Positions 48,371 to 58,319 of a DNA stretch of 64,000 nt are shown here, piece by piece (position 1 is the first letter of the stretch; every line of letters begins with the position of its first letter). The DNA is from Desulfomicrobium sp. (GTDB lineage Bacteria > Desulfobacterota > Desulfovibrionia > Desulfovibrionales > Desulfomicrobiaceae): assembly GCA_040768745.1 (NCBI GenBank), contig JAXGMI010000001.1:1184001-1248000 (forward strand), given 5' to 3'. Position numbers and translations under genes: made by a program. A model generated the notes under the pieces. The model had not been told where the DNA came from. It did no database searches and saw only the letters and a program-made list of their open reading frames with translations.

Positions 48371-49810
48371 ATGAACATGACAGCAGCGAACCATCACATT
48401 CAAGGGTTGCGGGTCGTCATCGTCGACGACGAGGCGGATTTCGCGCGCGGCCTGGCACGACTCGTCGGGGGCCGTTTTCCCGGTCTCGACGCGGTCGCCG
48501 TGCACAGCGGCGGCGAGGCGTTGCGCGTGCTGGCGGAAAAGCCGGCCCAGCTCATGATCACGGACCTGCGCATGCCGGAGATGACCGGGTTGCAACTCCT
48601 GAACCAGGCATTGGCCGTGCAGCCAGAGTTGAGCATGGTCGTACTCACGGCCTACGGGACCATCGAGACGGCCGTGGAGGCCCTGCGGGCCGGGGCCTAT
48701 GATTTCCTGACCAAGCCCATCGAACAGGATCAGCTCATCCGGGTGGTCGAGAAGGGGCTGGAGCGCAGCCGGCTGCTGGAGGAAAACAGCCGTCTGCGCC
48801 AGATTCTGGCCAGCAAGGAAGCGGGAGGGGAGCTGATCGGCGAGGGAACGGCCATGCGGCAGCTGAAGCGGACCATCGCGGCCGTGGCCCAGTCGGAGTA
48901 CACGGTCCTGGTCCGGGGTGAATCGGGCACGGGCAAGGAACTGGTGGCGCGCATGATCCATCATCTGGGGTCGAGGGCGGCTAGGCCGTTCCTGGCGGTC
49001 AACTGCCCGTCCATCCCCGAGAATCTGCTCGAAAGCGAGCTTTTCGGCCACGCCAAGGGATCCTTCACCGGCGCCGACCGCGACCACAAGGGGCTTTTCG
49101 CCGCCGCCGACAAGGGGACCATCCACCTCGACGAAATCGGCGACATCTCCCCGGCCGTGCAGACCAAGCTTCTGCGCGTGCTGCAGGAGGGCGAGGTCCG
49201 GCCCGTGGGTTCGAACCGCTCCGTGAAGGTCGACGTGCGCGTCATAGCCTCCACCAATCAGGACCTCGAGGCCGCCCTGAAGGCCAAGACCTTCCGGGAG
49301 GACCTCTACTACCGTCTGAACGTGCTCTCCATCACCCTGTTGCCCCTGCGGGACCGGTCCGAGGACATCCCGCTCCTGGCCGGGCATTTCTTCCGCGTGG
49401 CCTGCCGCGAGATGGGGCTGGCCGAGAAGACGGTGGACCCGGAGGTCCTGCACTGGATGGCGGGCAACCCCTGGCCCGGCAACGTGCGCGAACTGCAGAA
49501 CTTCGTGCGCCGGCTGACGGTCTTCGCCCCTTCGGACCGCGTGGACATGGGCCTAGTCCGTCTGGTGTGCCAGGACGGGTGCCTGCCCGTCCCCATGCCG
49601 GTCTGCGTTCCCGCGCCGCAGGCGCCCCTGGGGGATTACAAGGCCGCCAAGGCCGAGGTCGTCAACGCCTTCACCCTGGCCTACGTGCACGAGGTGCTGG
49701 CCCAGACCAAGGGCAACGTGTCGGAGGCCGCCAGGATCTCCGGCCTGTCGCGCGTGGCCCTGCAGAAGATTCTGGCCCGTCTGGGCGAGGATGCCTGGAA
49801 ATTTCGCTGA
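48371..49810 (+). CDS. NtrC-family sigma54-dependent response regulator
   Basis: Receiver domain, GESGTGKE, ESELFGH.KGSFTGA, FREDLYYRL, WPGNVREL, Fis-type HTH. Confidence 0.93.
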   Translation: MNMTAANHHIQGLRVVIVDDEADFARGLARLVGGRFPGLDAVAVHSGGEALRVLAEKPAQLMITDLRMPEMTGLQLLNQALAVQPELSMVVLTAYGTIETAVEALRAGAYDFLTKPIEQDQLIRVVEKGLERSRLLEENSRLRQILASKEAGGELIGEGTAMRQLKRTIAAVAQSEYTVLVRGESGTGKELVARMIHHLGSRAARPFLAVNCPSIPENLLESELFGHAKGSFTGADRDHKGLFAAADKGTIHLDEIGDISPAVQTKLLRVLQEGEVRPVGSNRSVKVDVRVIASTNQDLEAALKAKTFREDLYYRLNVLSITLLPLRDRSEDIPLLAGHFFRVACREMGLAEKTVDPEVLHWMAGNPWPGNVRELQNFVRRLTVFAPSDRVDMGLVRLVCQDGCLPVPMPVCVPAPQAPLGDYKAAKAEVVNAFTLAYVHEVLAQTKGNVSEAARISGLSRVALQKILARLGEDAWKFR

Positions 49811-49970
49811 ACGACACCCTGCGTCCTGAACTCTCCGGCCCAGGTCCAGGGCTGATGAGAAGCTGTGTTGAGCAGGACCCCGGCCGAACCGGACCGGCGT
49901 TCCGGACGATTCCGTGCATGGGCGGTGGCCCGATCGCACCGTGATCTTCCAGGACTCAATGTCGGCCAAT

Positions 49971-50462
49971 CTAAATCCGCTCACCCAGGTCTTCGCTGTC
50001 CCGGAAAACGACCCCCCTGATTCTCCTGTCTCGCGCCATTTTGAATGTCGACGTGAATTCGAGCACCGGCCGTTCCTGTTCATTGTAAACTATCGCCTGT
50101 CCCTGCACGATCCTGTCTTCCTGCGACACTACCCGGGCTCTGGCAATGACAACTCCCTGTTTGACCGGATACAGAAATACGGTTTCCAGAGAAATCGTTG
50201 CAAAATGGGTCCCCGGAGGCACAAGGCTCTTGATTGCCATGACGACGGCGGTATCCGCCAGGCTGACAAGTGCCCCGCCGTGCATCAGTCCGGCTCCCTG
50301 GGCGAGGTCGATGCGAAAAGGCATGGACAACACCGCACGTCCTCCAGCCGCTTCGACAATTTTCATATCCAGCAATCGTTCGAACGGTGCGCAACTGATC
50401 CAGGCCCCCATCTCGATCAGGTGCGGTCCTGTAAGCCCGGCGGGTTCTGATTTATCCTCCAC
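49971..50462 (-). CDS. PaaI-family hotdog-fold thioesterase
   Basis: GLMHGGALVSLADTA motif; GTG start behind GAGGAG. Confidence 0.85.
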   Translation of the reverse strand: MEDKSEPAGLTGPHLIEMGAWISCAPFERLLDMKIVEAAGGRAVLSMPFRIDLAQGAGLMHGGALVSLADTAVVMAIKSLVPPGTHFATISLETVFLYPVKQGVVIARARVVSQEDRIVQGQAIVYNEQERPVLEFTSTFKMARDRRIRGVVFRDSEDLGERI

Positions 50463-50772
50463 ACTCCTCTCCTCATATGTTGCAGAAACCATCACACGGA
50501 TACCCTGCATGCCCGAGGGGACCACAGCACGAACAAGTTGTGCAAACCAGCCCCGCCAAGATCTTCGTATGATTTAACGTAATGTCATTTCTCACGATAA
50601 GCGCAAGCATAAAGGTGGGCTGCTTGTGGTACAGCAGCGGGAGGGAAACCGATCATTGGGCAGAGCGGCAGCTCCCCATCGGATGACGCTGGCTGACAGG
50701 AGCACAAGCCAAGGCTTTGCTTTTCAAGGCGAGAGCAATGTTCTATAAAATACGCACATACAGGGAGGTAGC

Positions 50773-51327
50773 ATGATCACATTTCTTGTTCTTCTGGGAT
50801 TGGTGGCCGGGATAGTGCTGTGGGCCATTGGCATTTACAATGGCCTGGTACGCAAGCGGAACATGGTTGAAGAGGCCTGGAGCGGCATCGATGTGCAGCT
50901 CAAGAGGCGCACGGACCTGATTCCGAACCTGGTGTCCACGGTCAAGGCCTATGCGGCCCATGAAAAGGAAACCCTGGAAGAGGTGGTGCGGCTGCGAAAT
51001 CTGGCCCAGAACGCCCATGGCGTGGGGGAAACGGCCCAGGCCCAGGGGCTGCTGGGAGCGGCCTTGGGTAAGCTCATCGCCCTGGCAGAGAGCTATCCGG
51101 ATTTGAAGGCCAATACGAATTTTGCGCAACTTCAATCCACGTTGCAGGAAATCGAGGAGCAGATCCAGCTTTCCCGCCGCTACTACAACGGGGCGGCGCG
51201 CGATCTGAACATTGCCGTGGAATCTTTCCCGTCCAACCTGGTGGCCGGGCGTTTCGGGTTCGAGAAGGCGGAGTTCTTCGAGCTGGAGAACCTGGCCGAC
51301 CGGGCAGTTCCCTCCGTGGGGTTCTAG
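50773..51327 (+). CDS. lemA: LemA family protein
   Basis: YNGLV, IDVQLKRRTDLIPNLV, ESYPDLKAN, RRYYN, FPSNLVA. Confidence 0.93.
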   Translation: MITFLVLLGLVAGIVLWAIGIYNGLVRKRNMVEEAWSGIDVQLKRRTDLIPNLVSTVKAYAAHEKETLEEVVRLRNLAQNAHGVGETAQAQGLLGAALGKLIALAESYPDLKANTNFAQLQSTLQEIEEQIQLSRRYYNGAARDLNIAVESFPSNLVAGRFGFEKAEFFELENLADRAVPSVGF

Positions 51328-51332
51328 AAGCG

Positions 51333-53207
51333 ATGCTGCCACGCCGGATTGTCCTCTTCGCCCTCCTGGCGCTGCTGACTGCAGCTTCGCCTCTCGGGGC
51401 CGAAACCGAACGCATCCTCGATTTTTCCTCCACGGTGATCGTCAATGCAGACAGTTCTCTGCTCGTGTCCGAGACCATCACGGTGCTGGCCACGGGAGAT
51501 CAGATCAAGCGCGGCATCGTGCGGGAGTTCCCGACCGTCTACACCACGTCATCAGGCCAGACGGTCCGGGTCGGTTTCGATTTGGTGGACGTGCACCGCG
51601 ACGGACATGCCGAACCCTATCACACGGAAGACCGCATCAACGGCGTGGCCATCTACGTCGGGGACAAGAACGTGTTCCTCAGTCCCGGCTCCTATACATA
51701 CACCCTGGTATACAAGACCACGCGGCAGCTTGGTTTTTTCGAGAACTATGACGAATTGTACTGGAACGTGAACGGCAATGGCTGGCGCCTGCCTTTGGAC
51801 AAGGTCAGCTGCGAGGTCCATTTGCCGGACGGGGCCAAGGTTCTGGAGGCCGTGTCCTACGAAGGACCACAAGGAAGCACGGAAAGCCGCCGATTCAAGG
51901 GGGGGGAAAGCAGTATCACCATGGCTTCCTCGCGCCCCTACGGACTGGGCGAAGGGCTGACCATTGCCGTGTCCTGGCCCAAGGGTTTCGTGACCCCTCC
52001 CACGGCATCGGAACTGGCCAAGGGGTACGTTTCCGGTCGCGGGGCGTTGGTGCCTGCCGTGGGAGGTGGAGCGCTGCTGCTGCTCTATTACGTCCTCGCC
52101 TGGCTGAAGGTGGGGCGAGACCCGGCCAAGGGGGTCATCATCCCCCGCTTTGAGCCGCCCAAGGGATTTTCTCCAGCCATGGTCCGCATGCTCTGGAGCA
52201 TGAAGTTCGACAACACCGCCTTCACCGCCGGCATCGTGAACATGGCGGTCAAAGGCGGACTGGTCATCAGGGAGGATGATCAGATGCGCCTCGAGCTCGC
52301 CAAACAGCCACCAGCTCGGCTTTCCGCCGGGGAAAAGGCGGCCTGGGACGAGTTGCGCAAGGCGGGCGGGAGCATCGTGCTCAAGAACACCAACCATCAG
52401 GTCCTGAACAGGGCCCGGCAGGTGATGAAGGACAAGTTGCACAAGGAGCTGGCCCAGAACTATTTCGTGACCAATTCTGGTTGGGTTGCTCCAGGGGTCG
52501 TCATCACCCTGGCTACCGTCGCGGCCATGGCCTGGACCGCTCCGGAGCCCATGGCTCTGCTTTTCATCAGCGTTTGGCTGACGGGATGGACGTTCGGGTG
52601 CTCCTTGTTGCTCCGACAGGCGTGGCGGGCCTGGCAGGCCAGGGGCGTGATGGGCAAGGTGTCGGCCCTGTTCCTTTCTCTCTTCTCCATTCCGTTTCTG
52701 ACTGGAGAGGTGGCCGGGCTGAGCTTTTTCGGGATGCAGGCCGGCTTGCCGCCGACGTTCGTGTTCCTGGTCATGGTTCTGATGAATGCCCTCTTTTATG
52801 AGCTCCTCAAAGCGCCGACGCGCATTGGTCGCCAGGTCCTGGACGAGATTGAGGGGCTCAGGGCCTATCTCTCGGTGGCTGAGGAAGACCGTCTCAATTT
52901 CATTCATCCACCGGAAGAAACCCCTGAACTTTTTGAAAAATTTTTGCCGTATGCCATGGCTCTGGGGGTGGAGAACGAATGGGGCGAGCGTTTCGCCGGC
53001 ATCCTGAGTCGGGCCGGGTATGCACCGGGGTGGTATGCAGGGCCGCTCTGGAGCCACATGCATCCTGGCGGGTTCGCCTCAGGCCTGAGCAGCGGGATTT
53101 CGTCGTCCGTGTCCTCGGCCTCGGCAGCGCCGGGCTCGTCCTCGGGCACCAGCGGCGGCGGCTCCTCTGGTGGAGGCGGTGGCGGTGGCGGTGGCGGTGG
53201 ATGGTAA
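51333..53207 (+). CDS. DUF2207 family membrane protein
   Basis: DELYWNVNG, FEKFLPYAMALGV and Gly/Ser tail ending GGGGW; typical lemA neighbour. Confidence 0.88.
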   Translation: MLPRRIVLFALLALLTAASPLGAETERILDFSSTVIVNADSSLLVSETITVLATGDQIKRGIVREFPTVYTTSSGQTVRVGFDLVDVHRDGHAEPYHTEDRINGVAIYVGDKNVFLSPGSYTYTLVYKTTRQLGFFENYDELYWNVNGNGWRLPLDKVSCEVHLPDGAKVLEAVSYEGPQGSTESRRFKGGESSITMASSRPYGLGEGLTIAVSWPKGFVTPPTASELAKGYVSGRGALVPAVGGGALLLLYYVLAWLKVGRDPAKGVIIPRFEPPKGFSPAMVRMLWSMKFDNTAFTAGIVNMAVKGGLVIREDDQMRLELAKQPPARLSAGEKAAWDELRKAGGSIVLKNTNHQVLNRARQVMKDKLHKELAQNYFVTNSGWVAPGVVITLATVAAMAWTAPEPMALLFISVWLTGWTFGCSLLLRQAWRAWQARGVMGKVSALFLSLFSIPFLTGEVAGLSFFGMQAGLPPTFVFLVMVLMNALFYELLKAPTRIGRQVLDEIEGLRAYLSVAEEDRLNFIHPPEETPELFEKFLPYAMALGVENEWGERFAGILSRAGYAPGWYAGPLWSHMHPGGFASGLSSGISSSVSSASAAPGSSSGTSGGGSSGGGGGGGGGGGW

Positions 53208-53223
53208 AAATTGTTCCAGGAGA

Positions 53224-53252
53224 GGAGCCGCTTCTCTGGGGCGGCCTTTTTT
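53224..53252 (+). terminator. Terminator after the DUF2207 gene
   Basis: GCCGCTTC-TCT-GGGGCGGC followed by CTTTTTT. Confidence 0.6.
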
Positions 53253-53255
53253 CTG

Positions 53256-53432
53256 TCAAATCCCCAGGCCTTTGATGTAGGCCACGTAATCCTCCAGGAT
53301 CACCTCCAGCCCAGCGGCCTTGATGTCCAAGAGTTCAAGCTGAACGGCCTCAGGACTGGTGGCCAAGTCCAGATCCGGGGTGTGCTTGGCGCCGATGCCC
53401 GCCTTGGCCAGGGTTTTGGCCAGACTGACCAT
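53256..53432 (-). pseudogene. 58-codon remnant ORF, possibly the C-terminus of an HDOD-type signalling protein
   Basis: MVSLAKTLAKAGIG...LEVILEDYVAYIKGLGI with coding-like codon use; frame closed by an upstream TGA. Confidence 0.3.
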
Positions 53433-53500
53433 GAGGCCGATAATCCATGATGTTCATGGCTGCTTGGTTTGGGCCCTGAGACACGACCAGACGAAGACTG

Positions 53501-55237
53501 TCATAGATTGTGGTCGCTTGCAGCATGCCGCGGCAGGCGGACATGAAAGGCCGTGCCATGGCCAGGGACGGAATCGACCGAGATGGAAGCCCCCATGCCG
53601 GCCAGGATGTCCCGGCAGATGGCCAGACCCAGTCCTGTGCCCTTGCCCATGGGTTTGGTGGTGAAAAAGGGTTCGAAAATCCGGGGCAGGACATCTGCAG
53701 GTATTCCCTGTCCGGTATCTTCCACATCGATGCTGATATAGTCGCTGTCCTGCCGGGCCCGAAGAAGCACCCTGCCACCTGGTCCGGCAATGGCGTCGAT
53801 GGCGTTGTTGACTAGGTTGAGAATGACCTGCTGCAGTTCAGTGGCGGAGGCAACCACCTCTCCCAGGTCATGACCGAGATCCAGGGTCACCGCCACGCCC
53901 TGCTGCTTGGCCTTGTGACGGGTAAACCCGACGATATCCTGGAGCAGGGCATGGACCTGGACCAAGGGGGTCATGCTGTCGGTTTTACGGGCAAAGTTCA
54001 GAAGCTTCTGAGTGATATCCCGACAGCGGTGACCCTGGGTGACGATGGTTTTCAGGGAGGCATGGATCTCGGTCATGTTCTCCTCGCTTTGAGGGTCGTC
54101 GGACTTGAGCAAGTCTTCAATCCAGCCCGAATTTTCCATCATGATGGCCAGGGGGTTGTTAATCTCGTGGGCGATGTTGGCCGCCAGTTCGCCGATGGAA
54201 GCCAGTTTTCCCGCCTCGACCATCTGCCTCTGCATCTGCTGTTGCAGGAGTTCGGCCTTGCGCAGACGGTCCTCCTTACGTCTGACGGCAATGAGGGCGG
54301 TGGTTGCGATGCCGAGGCCGCCGAGCAGGATGGCCGCCGCAGTCAGGATGCGGATCGTGCCCAGGGCACCCAGGGCCTCGGACTTGGGCTGCCGGAAGAC
54401 CAGAATGCTTCCGTCGGTTCTGAGGGGGGCACACGCATACCATTGGGCTTCGCCTCGGGCATCGTCCATTTCCACCACGGTGGGCCGATTTTCCGGAAAA
54501 ACCTGTCTGGACAGGGATTGGGCGGTTGCCAGGGAGGTGGAGTCCTGGTCGGCAGCAGCCACGCCAAAGGTTCCGCTCTGCCCCAGGATGAAGGCATTGC
54601 CAGATCCGCCAGGATAGAAGACGCGGATTTTATCCACGATCTGTCGCGGATCCAGGTGTGCACGCAGGACCCACGCAGTCTTTTGATCCGGTATGCGCAC
54701 CGAGACAAAAACAGGGGAATTCCCTGAGGAAATGCCGCTGACAAGAGTGGGGCGGGTCACGGCCTGTTGAAACCACGATTCCTTGGATTGATCCGGCTCG
54801 TCGGGGTGGGCTCCGGCGTGGGCGATAACCTGTCCCGATGCGTTGAGGAGATCCAGGTCCGTGAAGAGCCCAGGATGTACATGCTGCAGCGCGAGCAGGC
54901 GGTCACGCAGGATGTTGGGTTGGGCGAGGGTCTCCACCGGAGAGAAAGATGCCTCCTGCAGGAGGCTGGAGATCTTTTCCGCCAGAAACGAATCAATGGC
55001 CCGGGCGCTCCGCAGGGTCTGGTCGCCAAGCAGGGTCTTTGCTTTTTCCAGATACGCGATGTCATAGAAGACAGCGAGTGCCCCCAGGCACAGGAGGGGC
55101 AGGATCCCGGCCATGAGCACAATGATCGACAGGTGGCCGGTTACGAGGCGGGGGGTACTTCTTTTTCCACGGCCTGCGCGGGATGTCTCGATCGGGATGG
55201 TTTGTGGAGTTGGGCTGCTGGGGGGAAGGCTGCTCAT
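53501..55237 (-). CDS. Orphan sensor histidine kinase (Cache-like periplasmic domain)
   Basis: 2 TM, KLASIGELAANIAHEINNPL, QVILNLVNNA, FEPFFTTK, GTGLGL. Confidence 0.88.
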   Translation of the reverse strand: MSSLPPSSPTPQTIPIETSRAGRGKRSTPRLVTGHLSIIVLMAGILPLLCLGALAVFYDIAYLEKAKTLLGDQTLRSARAIDSFLAEKISSLLQEASFSPVETLAQPNILRDRLLALQHVHPGLFTDLDLLNASGQVIAHAGAHPDEPDQSKESWFQQAVTRPTLVSGISSGNSPVFVSVRIPDQKTAWVLRAHLDPRQIVDKIRVFYPGGSGNAFILGQSGTFGVAAADQDSTSLATAQSLSRQVFPENRPTVVEMDDARGEAQWYACAPLRTDGSILVFRQPKSEALGALGTIRILTAAAILLGGLGIATTALIAVRRKEDRLRKAELLQQQMQRQMVEAGKLASIGELAANIAHEINNPLAIMMENSGWIEDLLKSDDPQSEENMTEIHASLKTIVTQGHRCRDITQKLLNFARKTDSMTPLVQVHALLQDIVGFTRHKAKQQGVAVTLDLGHDLGEVVASATELQQVILNLVNNAIDAIAGPGGRVLLRARQDSDYISIDVEDTGQGIPADVLPRIFEPFFTTKPMGKGTGLGLAICRDILAGMGASISVDSVPGHGTAFHVRLPRHAASDHNL

Positions 55238-55485
55238 GGGTCCCGGTTTTTTATGTTGTTCCGCCAGGCATTGAGGGGGGCGCAACATCCCTGGCCGGTA
55301 TGCTGATTACGGCGGATCGTGTCCCCCGATTCTTTCTCCGTCATGGTCTGGCAGAGATATCTTCCTGCTTCCTCGCTCCAGAACAGCTCCGGGCAACGGG
55401 GCAGATACCCGTGCCGATGCAGTGAATCGGTACACTGATCGTGCAAGCAGCACCACCCGCATCCAACGCAGGGGAGATACGTCAT
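55234..55485 (-). CDS. Small Cys-rich protein (CxxCGxCC)
   Basis: GAGGAG RBS; MTYLPCVGCGWCCLHDQC...CPEL...YLC...GCC; stop overlaps the kinase ATG. Confidence 0.7.
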   Translation of the reverse strand: MTYLPCVGCGWCCLHDQCTDSLHRHGYLPRCPELFWSEEAGRYLCQTMTEKESGDTIRRNQHTGQGCCAPLNAWRNNIKNRDP

Positions 55486-55676
55486 GGCGATTCTCCTCTG
55501 GATGTGGGGGGGAAGCGTCGGGCGCAACGGGATTCCGATGGAACCTTGGAAAAAGGCTAACCCAAGGCCGTTGAGGGGTAAAGGAGTTTCTGTTCTGTGG
55601 TGGCAAGTGTGCAGGCCATATGCATTCTCGAGGGAGGGTCCGCCCGGACCGAAGGCGGTCCGGGCGGACGGGGGCG

Positions 55677-58319
55677 TCATTTGCCGCCCAGGATGTTGGG
55701 GTGGTGGAACTCGTCCAGCATTTCCTCGGTGTGGCACACGGCGCAGTTGCCACCCGAGCCAATGGGACCCGGAGCACCCTGGTACTGCAGGGGCTGGATG
55801 GCATCGAGGTCGGGGTGGAACGGGTTCACGGCCGGGTACTCGGCGTGGGTCGGTCCGTGGCAGGCCTCGCACATGAGCCCCGCGTCGTCGCTGCGGGTGC
55901 GGTAGAGCCCCTCGGGGCCGCGCACCCAGTGGTTGAAGGCCGAGTCGCCCTGCGGGGCGGCGAAGTCCAGGTGGCAGGTCAGGCAGTCGGGCTCGTCCTT
56001 CCAGGGTTGGCGCGGCGAGATCTCCTCCACCGTGGCCACGAGTCTGGGCTTGATATGCCGCATGAGCCGGTCGGCCTTGGCCTTGCCCGCTTCTTTCTCG
56101 GCCTTCAGCAGGGACAGAGCGTGGTCTTCCAGGGTGCCGTGACAGTTGACGCAGGTCAGTCCGGCCTGCGAGGCGTGCACGCCGCGGGCGCAGCGCGTGT
56201 GGCTGTCCGGACCCGTGGGGTGGCAGGCGTGGCAGGCCAGGGCGTCTTCCATGCCGGTCATGTAGTTGGCGTGGAAGCCGTGGATGGAGGCGGGCAGATT
56301 CAGTAGTTCCGGCTTGCCGGCGGCGTTCAGCAGCGGGTCCGGGTGGCAGCTCTGGCAGAGCACGGGCTTGCCGCCTTCGGCCTGAATCAGCAGGTTAGTC
56401 TTGTGCCGGCGGTCGTGTCGGGCCAGGACGTCCGAGGCGGTCAGGGCGGAGATGCCCGTGACCCCGTCGCGCCGCCATTCGCCGCCGTGGCATTTGCGGC
56501 AGCCGATCTCCGTGGAGATGGGCGCCACGACCCTGGTCATGGCCAGGAGTTCGCCGCTGGAGGCGTCCCGGGCCTCAATGGTAAAGACGGGGTAGGGGTT
56601 GACCCCGCCACCGTCGGGGTAGGGCAGCACAGGGATGCCGTCGGCCACGAAGGTCAGGTTCTTTTCATTGAGCTTCATCTCGCCCGACAGACCCAGCCCC
56701 TTGGCGCTCACGTTGGCCGGCAGCTCCTTGCCAAGCAGGGACGGCGCATATTTCCAGAAGTCTACGTGCTTGCTTGGGTTTTCGAAGCCCGCCGGCGGGA
56801 GGTAGGTGAGCTTCACGGCCTGGGTCACGATCTCGGGCCGCGTGTCGCGGCGTACGAGCTGGGCCACCAGGGCACTGCCCGGAGGGAGAAAGGAGAAATG
56901 CGCGTCGCTGTCGGAGATGCACTTTTCGCCGAGGGTGCACCAGGCCAGCAGCACGTACTTGCAGTTCTCCGCATCGAAGGGCGGGATTTCGAGGGCGGCT
57001 TCGGGACGCGCGAGGGCTTCCGCGGCCGCGGTTTTTTTGCCGTGCAATCCCTCCACGATATACGAAGCCAGGGCGCCCCGCTCCAGTTCCGTGCCGGCGA
57101 AACGCGGCATGTAGGAGTGGATCTTGCCCATGCCGCGGATCATGGACTCCATGGCGAACCGGCCGAACACGGCTGTCAGGGGCTTGATGTCGTTCAGGGG
57201 GCCGCCGATGGAGTGGCAGGAGGCGCACTGGCCTCGGAAGATCTCTTTCCCAGCGTCCAGGGCGTTATCGGGGGTGACTTCCTGGTTGCGGTTCCAGCCC
57301 GACGTTGCCAGGAAGCCCTGCTTGGAGATGGCCTCCTCGGTCCCGGCCAGGATGGCGTTGGAGTACATGTGTCCGTAGATGAGGTACGGCCTGCGGCCGG
57401 CTTCACGCATCCACTCGAAGCAGCCCATGTACAGGAGGCCGATGACGAGCAGGGTCACGGCCATGGGGCGCTTGACGGCGGCCGGCATGCGGATGGCCAT
57501 GGCGAGGCCGCCGGCGAAGAGCAGGGCGGAGATCTGGACGAAGCCCTTGAGGAAGGGCGCGATCTCGGGGTTAGCGCCGAGGATCATGGCCCTGGGCCCT
57601 TCAGGCAGGACCTGCAGGTACCACCATCCCGACAGGAGCAGCACCCCGAAGGGCAGCAGGAGCCACAGGGCGCAGTAGCGGACCATGGTTTCGCGGGTCG
57701 GCGCGTCCTTTTCCCAGGTGGCCGTGACGAAGCCGTAGAGCCCGGCGAACATCAGGGCGATGCAGGTTCTGAAGACCAGGGCCGGCCAGAAGGTCGGGTT
57801 GAAGAAGCCGTCCCAGAAGTCCCGCGTGGCCGGCCAGTCGCCGGGGGTGAGCATGAAGCCGATGATGCCGTTGATCATGAACAGCGACATCCAGCCGAAG
57901 AAGAAATAGAGCCAGCCCATGGCGAGGTGGTTGCGGCGGCTCATCCTGCCGAAGGTGTAGTAGTAGATGAACAGGGACACGATTTCGCCGAGGAAGAAGA
58001 CCCATTCGATGGCCCATCCGAAGACGAAGGTGTGGATGAGGCTCACGGTGGCCGCCGGTGCGACCAGGGAAATGATGAACCAGATGCCGACGCCGGTGAT
58101 GCCGCCCAGGACCATGGTCACCAGCAGGAAGAATTTGGTGTGCCGTTTGGCGTAGTCCATGATTTCCGGCGACTGGCGCCGGTAGGCCAGAAGTTCCGTC
58201 AACACGAGGAAAAGGCCGCCGCCCACGGCGAAGTGGGCGATGTAGACGTGAAAGACGGAAATCAGGGCGATGAGCAGGCCGCCGCCGGCCCAGTGGAGTT
58301 CCCAGATCGGAAAGTTCAT
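55677..58319 (-). CDS. Cytochrome bd subunit-I-like membrane protein fused to a multiheme cytochrome c region (8 CxxCH)
   Basis: CydA-like VFHVYIAHFAVG, AIEWVFF, GFMLTP and EWMREAGRRPY; CASCH, CRKCH, CQSCH, CHACH, CVNCH, CLTCH, CEACH, CAVCH. Confidence 0.85.
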   Translation of the reverse strand: MNFPIWELHWAGGGLLIALISVFHVYIAHFAVGGGLFLVLTELLAYRRQSPEIMDYAKRHTKFFLLVTMVLGGITGVGIWFIISLVAPAATVSLIHTFVFGWAIEWVFFLGEIVSLFIYYYTFGRMSRRNHLAMGWLYFFFGWMSLFMINGIIGFMLTPGDWPATRDFWDGFFNPTFWPALVFRTCIALMFAGLYGFVTATWEKDAPTRETMVRYCALWLLLPFGVLLLSGWWYLQVLPEGPRAMILGANPEIAPFLKGFVQISALLFAGGLAMAIRMPAAVKRPMAVTLLVIGLLYMGCFEWMREAGRRPYLIYGHMYSNAILAGTEEAISKQGFLATSGWNRNQEVTPDNALDAGKEIFRGQCASCHSIGGPLNDIKPLTAVFGRFAMESMIRGMGKIHSYMPRFAGTELERGALASYIVEGLHGKKTAAAEALARPEAALEIPPFDAENCKYVLLAWCTLGEKCISDSDAHFSFLPPGSALVAQLVRRDTRPEIVTQAVKLTYLPPAGFENPSKHVDFWKYAPSLLGKELPANVSAKGLGLSGEMKLNEKNLTFVADGIPVLPYPDGGGVNPYPVFTIEARDASSGELLAMTRVVAPISTEIGCRKCHGGEWRRDGVTGISALTASDVLARHDRRHKTNLLIQAEGGKPVLCQSCHPDPLLNAAGKPELLNLPASIHGFHANYMTGMEDALACHACHPTGPDSHTRCARGVHASQAGLTCVNCHGTLEDHALSLLKAEKEAGKAKADRLMRHIKPRLVATVEEISPRQPWKDEPDCLTCHLDFAAPQGDSAFNHWVRGPEGLYRTRSDDAGLMCEACHGPTHAEYPAVNPFHPDLDAIQPLQYQGAPGPIGSGGNCAVCHTEEMLDEFHHPNILGGK

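Noticed and set aside
53140..53204. GGC/GGT tandem repeat
   Set aside because: Encodes the normal Gly/Ser-rich C-terminus of DUF2207 proteins
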